Notes: generated by a model from the sequence alone, not told the origin. 64,000 bases of DNA from Candidatus Obscuribacteraceae bacterium (GCA_044229845.1 JBGASG010000001.1:256001-320000), one strand, 5' to 3'; positions 46,639 to 57,834 are shown, numbered from the stretch's first letter. Numbers and translations: made by a program.

Positions 46639-48165
46639 ATGAATCACGGCAATCCCCCTGGGGACGACGACTCTGGTGACGAGTCATCGCCTAACTCTTC
46701 GGCGGGCGATGATGACCCGCACCAGCACCACGAATTGACCTTACGAATCCAAGAATTCAAAGAATTGATCGCGGATGCTCGCGATCCCAAAGTCAAAAAC
46801 GAATCTCGAATCACTTTGTTCGAGCGCGCGGCAGCCTTCGCGCAAGAATGGATGCTCGCGGAAGAAGCACGTATCGCCACCACGGAGCTCAGTCGCGTTT
46901 ACATTGAGCGGCGGAAGTTTTCGCAGGCGCTCAGTTCAATCAATAGATTACTTGAGCAACAGACTGCCGAGTTGGGCGCGCGCCACGCATCGCTGGCGCG
47001 CATCAAGATCTTGCGTGGCGAATGTTTCCTGCAAATGCATCGGCTGGAGCCTGCAATTGCCGACTTGCGCGATGCGGTCCTGCAGTGCCAGACTGCCGAC
47101 GGAGTCACGGAGGATGACCTTCTCGAGTCGCTCTGCATACTGGCGACAGCCTACCGCCATAACGAGCAAAACGACAAAGCTCGCAGTTGCCTGAAGCAAG
47201 CTTATGCGATTTTGTCGCCGGATGATAAACCCACTCCGTTGCGCATTCGTGTCCTCGAAGAAGTCGCAAATATCATGTTCGCCTACAAAAGAATGCCGGC
47301 CGCCAGGGCAGCTTTCGAGCAGGTTGTTCAGCTGAAACGGGAGTTGTATGGCGACTCGCATGAGGAAAACATCGATGCCCAAATTCAATTGGGTATGTGC
47401 TATTTCGGTCTGCAGCAATGGAGCCGGGCGGAAGAAGCTTTTGTGCGGGCGGTTGACATCGAACGATTCAACAAAGCCGATCCGAAACGATTAGCATTCA
47501 CCCTGGAGAAACTGGCCGGTGTCTACCGGGTCAACGCCCGCTTCAGCGAGGCGACTCTAGTCGAACAGTGTGCCGGCGAGATTCTAGGTCGGGCGATCAA
47601 GATGCGTCTGGGCTATCTCAAATCATTTGAGGCGGGAGTTGCTGCACATCGGCGCCACAAATTCGACATCGCTGCCGATTGCTATAAGGCGGCACTCAAT
47701 CACCTGGAGTTTCTTGGTGACAAACATGCCGCTGATCGCATTCCAGTTCTGGCTCGCATGTTGCAACTGGCGTTGACTCGCAAGCGCGCCGTGCAATTGA
47801 GAGCGCTGGAGGCTGAGATTGAACTGGGACTGGCAGCTATGTTTCCTTCGGACTCTGCGTCCGAGGCACTGCTGCGACTGGGCCGTCTGTTCCGAGTGCT
47901 TGGGCTCTATAGTGCTGCCGAAGCCTGCTATACGCAGACTGAGTTTCTATTGCGACGTGCCGGCGAGCCACAGCAGTTCCTTGCTGTCCTCGAAGAGCAC
48001 GCGCGCCTGCTTAAATGCATCAACTGGCTGCCTGAACTGGAACGGACGGACAAACTGCTTCGTCGGCTGCACAGGTTGTGGAACGACGACTACCAGGTTG
48101 TTGAGGCCGCGCTCACGATCGAGAGTTGCGATTCCTTGCTGGCGGAGCAACTGGCTCTGCCCTAA
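46639..48165 (+). CDS. TPR-repeat protein
   Basis: Kinesin-light-chain-like repeats (ELGARHASLA, LYGDSHEENIDAQIQLGMCY, AEEAFVRAVDI). Confidence 0.82.
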   Translation: MNHGNPPGDDDSGDESSPNSSAGDDDPHQHHELTLRIQEFKELIADARDPKVKNESRITLFERAAAFAQEWMLAEEARIATTELSRVYIERRKFSQALSSINRLLEQQTAELGARHASLARIKILRGECFLQMHRLEPAIADLRDAVLQCQTADGVTEDDLLESLCILATAYRHNEQNDKARSCLKQAYAILSPDDKPTPLRIRVLEEVANIMFAYKRMPAARAAFEQVVQLKRELYGDSHEENIDAQIQLGMCYFGLQQWSRAEEAFVRAVDIERFNKADPKRLAFTLEKLAGVYRVNARFSEATLVEQCAGEILGRAIKMRLGYLKSFEAGVAAHRRHKFDIAADCYKAALNHLEFLGDKHAADRIPVLARMLQLALTRKRAVQLRALEAEIELGLAAMFPSDSASEALLRLGRLFRVLGLYSAAEACYTQTEFLLRRAGEPQQFLAVLEEHARLLKCINWLPELERTDKLLRRLHRLWNDDYQVVEAALTIESCDSLLAEQLALP

Positions 48166-49703
48166 ATCGCGGTCATGTGTACTCGGGCTTGAGGCTGCGT
48201 TCCATGCACGAACGCAGTACCCAGTGCGTACATCGCTTGCTCGCTTGGGTCGCAGGTGGCGATGGCTGTCTCCCATTCGGGCAGAGCCAGAGCATCTTCT
48301 GGAACGTCCGTTGCCACCGTGACTCGGGTGGCAAGGTGAGTGGACAGCGCATGCCCCAGGGCAATCTGTCCTGGATTGCGCAGACCCTTATAGGTAACCA
48401 GAATACCGTGGTGCCCGGCCGTTTCTTGAACCACTCTCTGGATGTCTTCACTCGATGGATCGAGACCGAAGCGAATCTCTTTGACTCCCAGTTTCTTGCC
48501 GTCGGGCAATGCAGCGGCGATGCTGCGCGCGAGTTCCAGCCGATATCGCGGATGATCGGGAATAATCACGACCCATGGTTTGGTTTCTTCAGCAGTGCGC
48601 AAATCAGGAACGGTACCACGCAGCACCGAGATTGCTCTGCAAGAAACTTCCAGTGAGCGCCGGCGATTTTGGGCCTGCAGACTTGCCAATTTTTCGATGC
48701 GCTCCGGCGCTCTGTCTGCCGTCGGTTCGATGAGTTGCAACGCCCGGGCGCGGCGTTGCATCGAAGCCAGTATGTGTTCTTCGCTGATACGACCGTCTTT
48801 GACGGCTTTCTTGATGGCTGCATGCACGGCGCGCACAGAGTCGGCATCGGTGCAGGCAAGCAACTGATCGTTGCCGGCGATCAATGCCAGCACACAACCC
48901 TCGGCCAGTCCCCAGCGATCGTCGACGGCTTTCATCAACATGTCGTCGGTAAAGACCAGTCCGTCAAATCCCAGTGAATTACGCAAAAGGTCTGTCGTAA
49001 TGCGCGCAGACAGGCTGGCCGGCAACGGTTCTTTTTCGAACTCGGTCAGCCAGACGTGAGCAGTCAGCACTGCAGGCAGTGCGGAGATACAGGACTTGAA
49101 CGGGGACAGCTCCACGGCATCCAGACGCTCTCGATCGAATGGAAGCGCCGGCAAGTCAGTGTGCGAGTCCTGTGACGTATCTCCGTGACCGGGGAAGTGT
49201 TTGCCGACCGGTAGCACATTGTGCTGCAAAAATGTGCGGGCGGTCAAAGCTCCAAAGCGCGCTACCAGATCTGGTGTGGAGCCGTAGGCGCGTGTAGCTA
49301 TTATTGGATTACGTGGATTGGTTGCCACATCCAACACTGGTGCCAGCACGCAGTTGATGCCGAGCAGATTGAGCTCTTGCGCTGAAATGGCGGCGATTTC
49401 CTGAGCGGCTTCCTCGTCGAGAGAACCTAGTGCCATGGCCGAAGGCAAATCGGTGATGATGCCATCGAATCGCTGAACCGCTCCGCCTTCTTGGTCGACA
49501 GTGACGATAGCCGGTTTCTTCCAGCTCGCCTTTTTGACATCGTCGATCAGTGTCACCAGTTGTTCGAGATCGCAGGCGTTGTCTTTGAAGAGCGTGACGC
49601 CGCTCATGATGCCGTCTTCAAGACCTTTGCGCGTGCCCGCATCCAGTTCCGTCCCCGAAACGCGCCCGAGAATCAGTTCACCAATGGCGGTATCAAGGTC
49701 CAC
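48162..49703 (-). CDS. nagZ: Beta-N-acetylhexosaminidase (GH3)
   Basis: VDQEGGAVQR, APVLDV, KHFPGHGDTSQDSH, FTDDMLM. Confidence 0.9.
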   Translation of the reverse strand: MDLDTAIGELILGRVSGTELDAGTRKGLEDGIMSGVTLFKDNACDLEQLVTLIDDVKKASWKKPAIVTVDQEGGAVQRFDGIITDLPSAMALGSLDEEAAQEIAAISAQELNLLGINCVLAPVLDVATNPRNPIIATRAYGSTPDLVARFGALTARTFLQHNVLPVGKHFPGHGDTSQDSHTDLPALPFDRERLDAVELSPFKSCISALPAVLTAHVWLTEFEKEPLPASLSARITTDLLRNSLGFDGLVFTDDMLMKAVDDRWGLAEGCVLALIAGNDQLLACTDADSVRAVHAAIKKAVKDGRISEEHILASMQRRARALQLIEPTADRAPERIEKLASLQAQNRRRSLEVSCRAISVLRGTVPDLRTAEETKPWVVIIPDHPRYRLELARSIAAALPDGKKLGVKEIRFGLDPSSEDIQRVVQETAGHHGILVTYKGLRNPGQIALGHALSTHLATRVTVATDVPEDALALPEWETAIATCDPSEQAMYALGTAFVHGTQPQARVHMTAI

Positions 49704-49706
49704 TGC

Positions 49707-50699
49707 TTATGCTTTCAGTTTTACCAGGCGGTAAAGATCGACTGGACGCTGGCGCCCCTTGACGGTAACCGGGCCCAGCGACTCGACTTCGTACTGAGTC
49801 TTGATCAGCTCGTAGGTGGTGCCGTCCATGACGATGTCGCCCGGCTGATCCGGTCCGATCAGTTTTTCCAGACGAAATGCCAGGTTGGCGGTGTCACCAA
49901 GCAAGGCCGGATTTGCTTTCGAAGATCCAAGAATGCCGGCAGCGACCGGACCGGTGGCCAGCGCCACGTCAACATGCAGCGGCCAATCCGGGAAAGGCCA
50001 GAAGTTCGGATTGCCAGCCAGTTCCACAACCATCTTCTTCATCTGCAAGGCGGTGTAGCAGGCTTGATATGCGCACATGTTGGTCTCGGCGCCAGGAGTG
50101 TCGTCGCCTTGCCAGTAAGCCATGATCGCATCGCCGGCGATTTTTTCCAGCTGACCGTGCTGCTTGCGAATCTCGCTGTTGAGCTGCTGAAACACTTTTT
50201 GTGCGCACGCCATCACCATATCCGGTTGGTCTGAGTACGCTTCCATCAAACTTGTGAAGGATCGAATGTCGCCGACTAGAATCGTCGCGTTAATTAGCTT
50301 GATGTGAAACTGAGTCTTTTCGTGCTCGTCGGTGTGCTGCACTACCATTCCATCGTCATCGCCGCTGATCGGTAAATTGACCAGCAAATCGATCGAAGCG
50401 ATGGTGATGACATCACCATTTTTCAGCTTGTGGTCCTGTCCAGGCGACAACCAATCGCCATTCAGACGAGTGCCGTTCGTAGAACCCAGGTCACGAATCT
50501 TCCAGCCGTCCATATCGCGCAATTCTGCGTGGACGCCTGAGACTTCGGGAATCGGCAGCACAAGCTTACGCTGGCCTGAGCTGCTCGGCTTGCGGCCAAT
50601 TTCAAGAACTTTGCCGTCTTCAAGCTCGACGAAGTAGGCTTCGGGCGTATCGGGATTAACGACGAGGTAACCTACTGCGCCGTTTTTCTTGTCTTCCAT
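49707..50699 (-). CDS. FHA domain + class III nucleotidyl cyclase
   Basis: IGR...VSGVHA...DLGSTNGTRLNG; GDIRSFT, EKIAGDAIMA, GDTANLAFRLE. Confidence 0.9.
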   Translation of the reverse strand: MEDKKNGAVGYLVVNPDTPEAYFVELEDGKVLEIGRKPSSSGQRKLVLPIPEVSGVHAELRDMDGWKIRDLGSTNGTRLNGDWLSPGQDHKLKNGDVITIASIDLLVNLPISGDDDGMVVQHTDEHEKTQFHIKLINATILVGDIRSFTSLMEAYSDQPDMVMACAQKVFQQLNSEIRKQHGQLEKIAGDAIMAYWQGDDTPGAETNMCAYQACYTALQMKKMVVELAGNPNFWPFPDWPLHVDVALATGPVAAGILGSSKANPALLGDTANLAFRLEKLIGPDQPGDIVMDGTTYELIKTQYEVESLGPVTVKGRQRPVDLYRLVKLKA

Positions 50700-50806
50700 C
50701 CGGGTATCCGGTTTCTATCCTGAGTTCCTTGGGAATTATATCCGCTCAAAGGGCGTGGGGCCCTTCTTGAAACCAGGCTTCTAGAAACCGGTGTGTCCAG
50801 ACCTGG

Positions 50807-52066
<1,260 letters not shown>

Positions 52067-52348
52067 AGGAATTTCTCCTTTTGTACGGTGAGACCGCACA
52101 CTTACACTGGACGCCTAAAAGCGCGGGCAAACGTGCATCGTACCATTTATCAATGACGCAGAATTAAACCGGCTCAACAAAAGGAGCGCTGAACGGCGAA
52201 AATGCGGGTTTTCGTCATTCGCGGCAATTGGGATGCAAGACCTTTGCCCGCTCGGCATGCGGCTTTCCACCGCTCTGCTCAAGAAACTTTCCAAATTGTT
52301 GCAAGAGAAAAACGATTTCACGGTCTCAAAATTGTTGGGATTTTGTTG

Positions 52349-52375
52349 GGAACATGGAGCAGGGTCGGGCGTCGA
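52349..52375 (+). promoter_or_regulatory. ECF-type promoter upstream of the sigma factor (putative autoregulatory)
   Basis: GGAAC-N16-CGTCGA; same motif at 54774-54800. Confidence 0.65.
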
Positions 52376-52580
52376 CCTTAATAGCAGCGGCTGACTGCGG
52401 CGTGAAACCGCCGCGGACGCTTAATCGGTTCAGCGCGCTGCCACAGAGATGCCATTGATAGCTTCGATGGCGTGCCGCCTCGTGGGAGCATTTCCAATGC
52501 ACAGTGCTAGGATATTAGCGCCTGAAACAGAGCCTCCGAAAGGCGGGCCACGACTGGTATCTCTGATGAAAGAGGAACGC

Positions 52581-53213
52581 ATGGCAACTGCATATAGCCA
52601 AAAGAGCGACCGCGATTTAGTTCTTGCCTGCCAGCGGCGCGAGCCACAGGCTTTCGAAGAACTGGTGAAACGGCATCAACGGACCGTATATGCGTTGTTG
52701 TATCAATTGGCGCCTGAATGGCAGGACACGTCCGATCTTGCACAGGATGTGTTCATTCGCGTCTGGCGGTCCATTGGCAATTTGAGAAATCCGGGTGCTT
52801 TCCGCTCCTGGCTGACTCAGATAGTCACCAACCTCTTCTATGACGAACTGAGAAAGCGCCCGCGTCGCGTGCCCACCGTCTCTATGGACGAGGGTATCGA
52901 CGACCCGGATTCTGAAGAAGGTGGCGGCGCCAGCCGCGACATCCCGGACTCGTCCATGCTGCCGGATGAGAGAATTTTAACCGATGAGCTTGCGGTTGTA
53001 ATCCGTCAAGCCATGGCTAATTTGCCGGAACAGTTCAGAACAGCCATCGTCTTGAGAGAGTTGGAAGGACTGAGTTACGAAGAAATTGCGGTCCTTACCA
53101 AGACGGAAATGGGAACCGTCAAATCTCGCATTGCGCGAGCCCGCTCGAAACTCCAAGAAATTCTCACTCCGTACCTGCAAGGTCAGGGTACGCAACGAGG
53201 GGTCACGGACTGA
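52581..53213 (+). CDS. ECF RNA polymerase sigma factor (RpoE/SigG-like)
   Basis: DLAQDVFIRVW, FRSWLTQI, LPEQFRTAIVLRELEGLSYEEIA, GTVKSRIARAR. Confidence 0.95.
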   Translation: MATAYSQKSDRDLVLACQRREPQAFEELVKRHQRTVYALLYQLAPEWQDTSDLAQDVFIRVWRSIGNLRNPGAFRSWLTQIVTNLFYDELRKRPRRVPTVSMDEGIDDPDSEEGGGASRDIPDSSMLPDERILTDELAVVIRQAMANLPEQFRTAIVLRELEGLSYEEIAVLTKTEMGTVKSRIARARSKLQEILTPYLQGQGTQRGVTD

Positions 53214-53215
53214 TC

Positions 53216-54109
53216 ATGGCAATGTCCTGTACAGATTTAAAAGAAGAACTGTCGCCCTACGTAGACGGTGAACTTGATGAGACGACGCAGTTTGCAGTGC
53301 GCAAGCACCTCGAAGCCTGCTCGCCGTGTCAACAGTTTCACGATGATATGCGCGGCGTCGGTGTGTTGCTCACCAAGGTGCACACCAATGTAATCGAGAA
53401 CGCCCCGGACATCTGGGCGAGCATCTCCAGCAAGATGCCTGACGTTTGCGAATGCGTCCAGGACGATCTGTCCGCCTATCTCGACGGCGAACTTCTGCCT
53501 TCCTCGAAAGAAGGAGTGACGCTGCACATGGAGACGTGCGCTGTCTGCCTCGAGAAATTCAATGAGTTGAGCCGCGTCAACGGTGTGCTCTCCAAAGGTC
53601 TCGAATTGCCGGCGGACTTCCAGCTCGATCTCTGGTCGAACATCAAGCAACGTCTCGATGACGATTGCGTGCTGATTCGCGAAGAGCTTTCCGCCTTCGT
53701 CGACAAGGAAGTCACCATTCTGCGCCACCGCGCCATCACCTCGCACCTGACTGAGTGCGGCGAGTGCTGCACGGTCTTCAACGGACTGGCCGAAACCGGC
53801 GACCTTCTGCGCGCCAACTACCAACCGGAAATTCCAGACGACTTTGATCTCTGGCCTGCAATTCAAATGAAAATGAATGTGGTGCCAATCACTGCCGCCA
53901 AAGAAAAACGGGCCGGTGCTCCTGCCTCGCGGCGCTTGCTGGTTGCTGCTGCGGTTGTCGTAGCAGGCATCCTGGCTTCGCTGGGACTCTTCGCTAACAT
54001 GCATCCGCAATCGCAGCTAAATCCGGTGACTGCGGAAGCCTACTTGATCGATTCCTCGTTAAATGAACCATCTGATGTTGCTGAATCCTTCGCGTACGAC
54101 AATCAATAA
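53216..54109 (+). CDS. Anti-sigma factor with three tandem zf-HC2 (ZAS) domains and one TM helix
   Basis: C..LSPYVDGEL..HLEACSPC; C..LSAYLDGEL..HMETCAVC; C..LSAFVDKEV..HLTECGEC; TM LLVAAAVVVAGILASLGLF. Confidence 0.9.
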   Translation: MAMSCTDLKEELSPYVDGELDETTQFAVRKHLEACSPCQQFHDDMRGVGVLLTKVHTNVIENAPDIWASISSKMPDVCECVQDDLSAYLDGELLPSSKEGVTLHMETCAVCLEKFNELSRVNGVLSKGLELPADFQLDLWSNIKQRLDDDCVLIREELSAFVDKEVTILRHRAITSHLTECGECCTVFNGLAETGDLLRANYQPEIPDDFDLWPAIQMKMNVVPITAAKEKRAGAPASRRLLVAAAVVVAGILASLGLFANMHPQSQLNPVTAEAYLIDSSLNEPSDVAESFAYDNQ

Positions 54110-54650
54110 CCTGAGTAAAACTCTGGTCACGGCTGCCGTGGTTACGACCACGGCTTTGCCCGTCTATGCCGATGATCCCGGTGCCGCCGGCGCCTCCGCC
54201 ATCAACTGGAGTCGCCTCAATCTGACGGCGCAGCAGCAAACTCAGATTCAAGCTCTGGAAGAAGAGTGGTCGGTGAAATACATGCGCCTCCAACCGCAGA
54301 TTGTTGAGGGCAAGAAGAAACTGCAAAAGCTTTTTGCAGACCCGAAAGCCGATCCCTTAGAGATCATGAACACTCATCAAACAGTGATGCGCTTGACCGA
54401 GGAATTGCGTACGGCAGCGACTGCCAATCACTTGAAGAAACGCGCCATTCTCACACCGCCACAGCGCAAGCAGTACGAGATGATGCTGCAAACAATGCTC
54501 GTCGAACGCCAGCGCAGCAACCTCGGCAGCGGCAGCTCCGGTCAATCCGGACTGATGGACATGATTCAAAAGGCCCGCTGGGCAATCGGCGGACAGCCAA
54601 AGCCGGCCGGCGACGCCAAACCGCAAAACGTCTCAGCTCCCGCACCATAA
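54063..54650 (+). CDS. Spy/CpxP-like periplasmic protein
   Basis: Signal ending PVYA; LNLTAQQQ and ILTPPQR (LTxxQ motifs); start uncertain. Confidence 0.75.
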   Translation: MNHLMLLNPSRTTINNLSKTLVTAAVVTTTALPVYADDPGAAGASAINWSRLNLTAQQQTQIQALEEEWSVKYMRLQPQIVEGKKKLQKLFADPKADPLEIMNTHQTVMRLTEELRTAATANHLKKRAILTPPQRKQYEMMLQTMLVERQRSNLGSGSSGQSGLMDMIQKARWAIGGQPKPAGDAKPQNVSAPAP

Positions 54651-54665
54651 CATCATAGCGAGCCG

Positions 54666-54700
54666 ATCCGTTGTCACCATATTTAGTGGCAGCGGATTTT
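54666..54700 (+). terminator. Probable intrinsic terminator
   Basis: ATCCGTTGTCAC-8nt-GTGGCAGCGGAT followed by TTT. Confidence 0.55.
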
Positions 54701-54773
54701 GTCACGGTTGTGCTTGGTTGGTTTCTTCCCTCTCGGTGGAATGTAAAGCCCGCTGGGGATAACTGCGTGCGCA

Positions 54774-54800
54774 GGAACAGACGGGGCTTTCGGGCGTCGA
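54774..54800 (+). promoter_or_regulatory. Second ECF-type promoter
   Basis: GGAAC-N16-CGTCGA, ending 35 nt before ATG 54835. Confidence 0.65.
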
Positions 54801-54834
54801 TCTATTCGTAAGGTAGTTTGATGAGCTGCTAGTT

Positions 54835-55293
54835 ATGAATCGTTCTCAGTTAAGTAAGAAACCTATTTTGTTTATGACACTAGCAGTGGTGACAGCGACT
54901 CTGGCTATGCCTGCGCAGGCGCAAAACTGCCCGGCCCCATGCCGCGATCCCTATGCCCAGATGCAGCTCAGCCCGCAGCAGCGCCAGCGAATTCAGGGCT
55001 ACCAGCAGCAGTGGAACGAGCAGTACTCGCAATTGCAACCGCAACTGAGAGCGCAACAGCAACGGCTGGTTTCTCTGTTGTCCAATCCTCAGAGCGACGC
55101 GTTGGAGATTTCTCAAACGCAGCAACGCATTTCTTCGTTGCAGCAGCAATTGAGCACCCAGGCGACTATGAATATTTTGCAAAAACGCCGCATCCTCAAC
55201 GACCAGCAACGTCAGCAATTGCGCCAAAACATGACCGGGATGCTGGGGAATAGACCGCGCCCCAGCGCCCCCAGAGGCTTTAGGAGCTTCTAA
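54835..55293 (+). CDS. Gln-rich Spy/CpxP-like periplasmic protein (paralog of upstream gene)
   Basis: Signal ending AQA; MQLSPQQR, ILNDQQR; shares W..Y..LQPQ and D.LEI motifs with 54063..54650. Confidence 0.8.
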   Translation: MNRSQLSKKPILFMTLAVVTATLAMPAQAQNCPAPCRDPYAQMQLSPQQRQRIQGYQQQWNEQYSQLQPQLRAQQQRLVSLLSNPQSDALEISQTQQRISSLQQQLSTQATMNILQKRRILNDQQRQQLRQNMTGMLGNRPRPSAPRGFRSF

Positions 55294-55441
55294 GCTCCTG
55301 TAAACACGATTACGTCCCTCCAAGGCAAGGAATTGTCTGTAGATGCGAGAATACGCATTACAGTCACATTTCCTTCAGCGCGTGAGGATGCATCTCGTGG
55401 GCAAGTCAAAGCCAGTCGACGCCAGTTCCGGTCAGCAGCGG

Positions 55442-56305
55442 ATGGCCTCTAAAAAGGTCAAAGGTTCAGGTACGGGCAAGGTTGAGTTGCCGACTGCAAC
55501 CGAGAGCAATGCAGCCGCCGACTCGAAAGCGCAGATGCTCTGCACCGCGTTGATGATCGTGTTCGGCATTATGGTGCTGGCAGGTGTTGGCTTCTCGCTG
55601 GCGCAGCTTTATCAATCGATAGTCGTGAAGGCGGATGTGCTGGGCATCTTCTTCGGTGCCGCCGGATTGATCGTCTCTGTCTTGTTGGGACGGGCGCTTC
55701 TCTGGTTGACCTTCTTGTTGCCGATTCTCTACGCTTCCAAAATGAACGCCTGGAAGGCAGAGGAAGCGCTTTCGAAGAAAGCTCTCGGACTGCGAAAAGT
55801 CATTCCGACCGCCGGCTCGACCGCCGCAGTCATGCTCATGCAAGGCTATATCAAGCGTGGCGACTTCGACCAAGCGCTGGCTTTCGGCGAAGAGCAGTTT
55901 CAGCAGAACGAGAACGACAAGAAATATCTCCAGGCTCTGGCGCCGGTTTTCTCCGGTGTCGCTCTCGCTTGCCAGACCAAGGCTAACTGGAAGGATTCTA
56001 TTACCTGGAACGAGCGTGCCATCACCGCCTTTGAAGGCATCCAGACTGAGATGACTGCCAAGAAAGGTCTGCTCCAGCGCTTCGCTGCGCAGCAAGACGC
56101 GCAGGTCTCCGGTAGCGTCAAAACTCAGCTCGCTCTTTCCACCTTCAGCAATGCCAACAGCTATTTCAATCTGCGCAACTTCCGCACGGCGAAAGAACTG
56201 TACAAGAAAGCAATCGATCTCACAATGCAAGCACCAGACTCGCCTGAAAAGGCAGAGATCATGCGGGTATCCAAAGAACAGCTGACACGCCTCAAGCACC
56301 AGTAG
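55442..56305 (+). CDS. Membrane protein with C-terminal TPR-like helices
   Basis: Two to three N-terminal TM segments, then TPR-like repeats. Confidence 0.75.
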   Translation: MASKKVKGSGTGKVELPTATESNAAADSKAQMLCTALMIVFGIMVLAGVGFSLAQLYQSIVVKADVLGIFFGAAGLIVSVLLGRALLWLTFLLPILYASKMNAWKAEEALSKKALGLRKVIPTAGSTAAVMLMQGYIKRGDFDQALAFGEEQFQQNENDKKYLQALAPVFSGVALACQTKANWKDSITWNERAITAFEGIQTEMTAKKGLLQRFAAQQDAQVSGSVKTQLALSTFSNANSYFNLRNFRTAKELYKKAIDLTMQAPDSPEKAEIMRVSKEQLTRLKHQ

Positions 56306-56309
56306 GAGC

Positions 56310-57569
56310 ATGAGCATGCCGGAAGAAGAGGCGCAGACGGAACCGAAAGCAAGCAAAGGCGGCCGGAAGAAGCTGATTCGCTTTCCGATCTTCTTGACCG
56401 CCCTCGCTCTTACTGGTGGGATCCTGTGGGTCAATCACTGGATTGATACGGATATGATTCCTACGAATCAGCAGGATGAAGAGGATTGGTCTCGGCGGGT
56501 TGCCAAAATGTCTCCAGCAGAGGCGAACCTGCTGCAACTCAGGCTGCAACTGAGGGAAGCGCGAGATAATCGGTTCAGTCCGGAGTCGGCAGGAAACACT
56601 CGCGCCGTTCTGGGATTGTTTTTCCTCTCCCGGGGCGATGTGCCAACGGCGATCAAAACCCTGGAACCAGCTGCGGACCAGTATTTCAAGTCAACAGACC
56701 ACACTTCCATGGAAATCGCCATACGACAGGACGTTCCGCATAACTTTGCCGGCATGAGGCGCACCTCGGTTGCGGACATGTATATCGCTCCGTCCGAATG
56801 GCGTTGGAAGCGGCTGTGTAAGCTATATCTGGGTGAGAAACAGTACGACAAAGCCGCTCAGCTGATGGACAAAATCTTGATAGAGTCCGGCAGCGACAGA
56901 GAAGTGTCCAGTGGCGATGTGGTGGCACTCCATGAGCTCGCGTTGGAAGTCTATACCAGCGCGGGACAGAAGGCGAAAGCCGAAGCCGAGCAAAAGGTGC
57001 TGAAGACCTCTGGCTGGATCCCGCGCAATTGCTCCATTACGCAGAATGTCGAGCAAGCGCATGCCGACTTGCGGACCCAGACCTTTCAGTATGGACTCAG
57101 TCTGATGCATCGCGGTCGCGGTCAGGAAGCGGCTGATGTCTTCAAAAAGATTGCCTACGACGAGTATTCCCTCAAACATCGCACCGACGATCCGGATTTC
57201 CTGGCGTCGACACACATGATGATCCCGGTAGCACTGGTGTCGGTGCAGCATTGGGACGAAGCGCAGAGATATTTTCCGAGAGCGCTCAGACTCGCAGAGA
57301 AACAGGGCATCACCTTCGACATAGACGCACGAACACCATTGTGGCGCGCTTACGCGACGCTTTTGCAGCATCAGGGAAAGGCATCTGAGGCCGAAAAGTA
57401 TCTGGATAAGATAAGGAAGCAGCCGGAGTTTCCCATCGACGTTGAGTTCATTAGCGCCGATCAGCCGGTGCCAATGACACCACCCGATTCTCCTGTGAAT
57501 GCGCTACCGGCTCCCACCCCATCCAAGTTCGACGACGCAGATCTGTACGCTCCAGAGCCCGCCAAGTGA
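56310..57569 (+). CDS. Membrane-anchored TPR protein
   Basis: N-terminal TM; TPR-like helices; Pro-rich C-tail; AGGAG RBS. Confidence 0.78.
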   Translation: MSMPEEEAQTEPKASKGGRKKLIRFPIFLTALALTGGILWVNHWIDTDMIPTNQQDEEDWSRRVAKMSPAEANLLQLRLQLREARDNRFSPESAGNTRAVLGLFFLSRGDVPTAIKTLEPAADQYFKSTDHTSMEIAIRQDVPHNFAGMRRTSVADMYIAPSEWRWKRLCKLYLGEKQYDKAAQLMDKILIESGSDREVSSGDVVALHELALEVYTSAGQKAKAEAEQKVLKTSGWIPRNCSITQNVEQAHADLRTQTFQYGLSLMHRGRGQEAADVFKKIAYDEYSLKHRTDDPDFLASTHMMIPVALVSVQHWDEAQRYFPRALRLAEKQGITFDIDARTPLWRAYATLLQHQGKASEAEKYLDKIRKQPEFPIDVEFISADQPVPMTPPDSPVNALPAPTPSKFDDADLYAPEPAK

Positions 57570-57603
57570 ACCATGTGCGCGTGAGCCACTCGTTAACGGC
57601 AAC

Positions 57604-57816
57604 CTAGTGTTCCCACCAGATTGGAACCTCATTTTGAACGCAAAAAATCAACTCGCTGCTGAGGTGTTTGAGTTTCTCGATGTAGCCTTTGGCTGCCTGC
57701 ACAGATTGCATGTGCTCACCATAGCAAGGTGAAAAGATTAGCGGTCTGAAGGTGGCTTCTGCATCAGCAACTAACTGCTTGAGGAGTGCATTTGGATCGA
57801 TGACTTTTTTGGTCAC
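57604..57816 (-). CDS. Small hypothetical ORF or 3' gene remnant
   Basis: VTKKVIDPNALLKQL...VPIWWEH; no clear RBS. Confidence 0.35.
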   Translation of the reverse strand: MTKKVIDPNALLKQLVADAEATFRPLIFSPCYGEHMQSVQAAKGYIEKLKHLSSELIFCVQNEVPIWWEH

Positions 57817-57834
57817 GATGTCATCCGCGACCAA

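Noticed and set aside
52067..52340. SAM riboswitch upstream of metK
   Set aside because: No SAM-I core or terminator recognisable on the minus strand.
52520..52583. glnA-type glutamine riboswitch (ends GGAACGCATG)
   Set aside because: Lacks the GGAAGTA E-loop core; better explained as the RBS region of the sigma gene.
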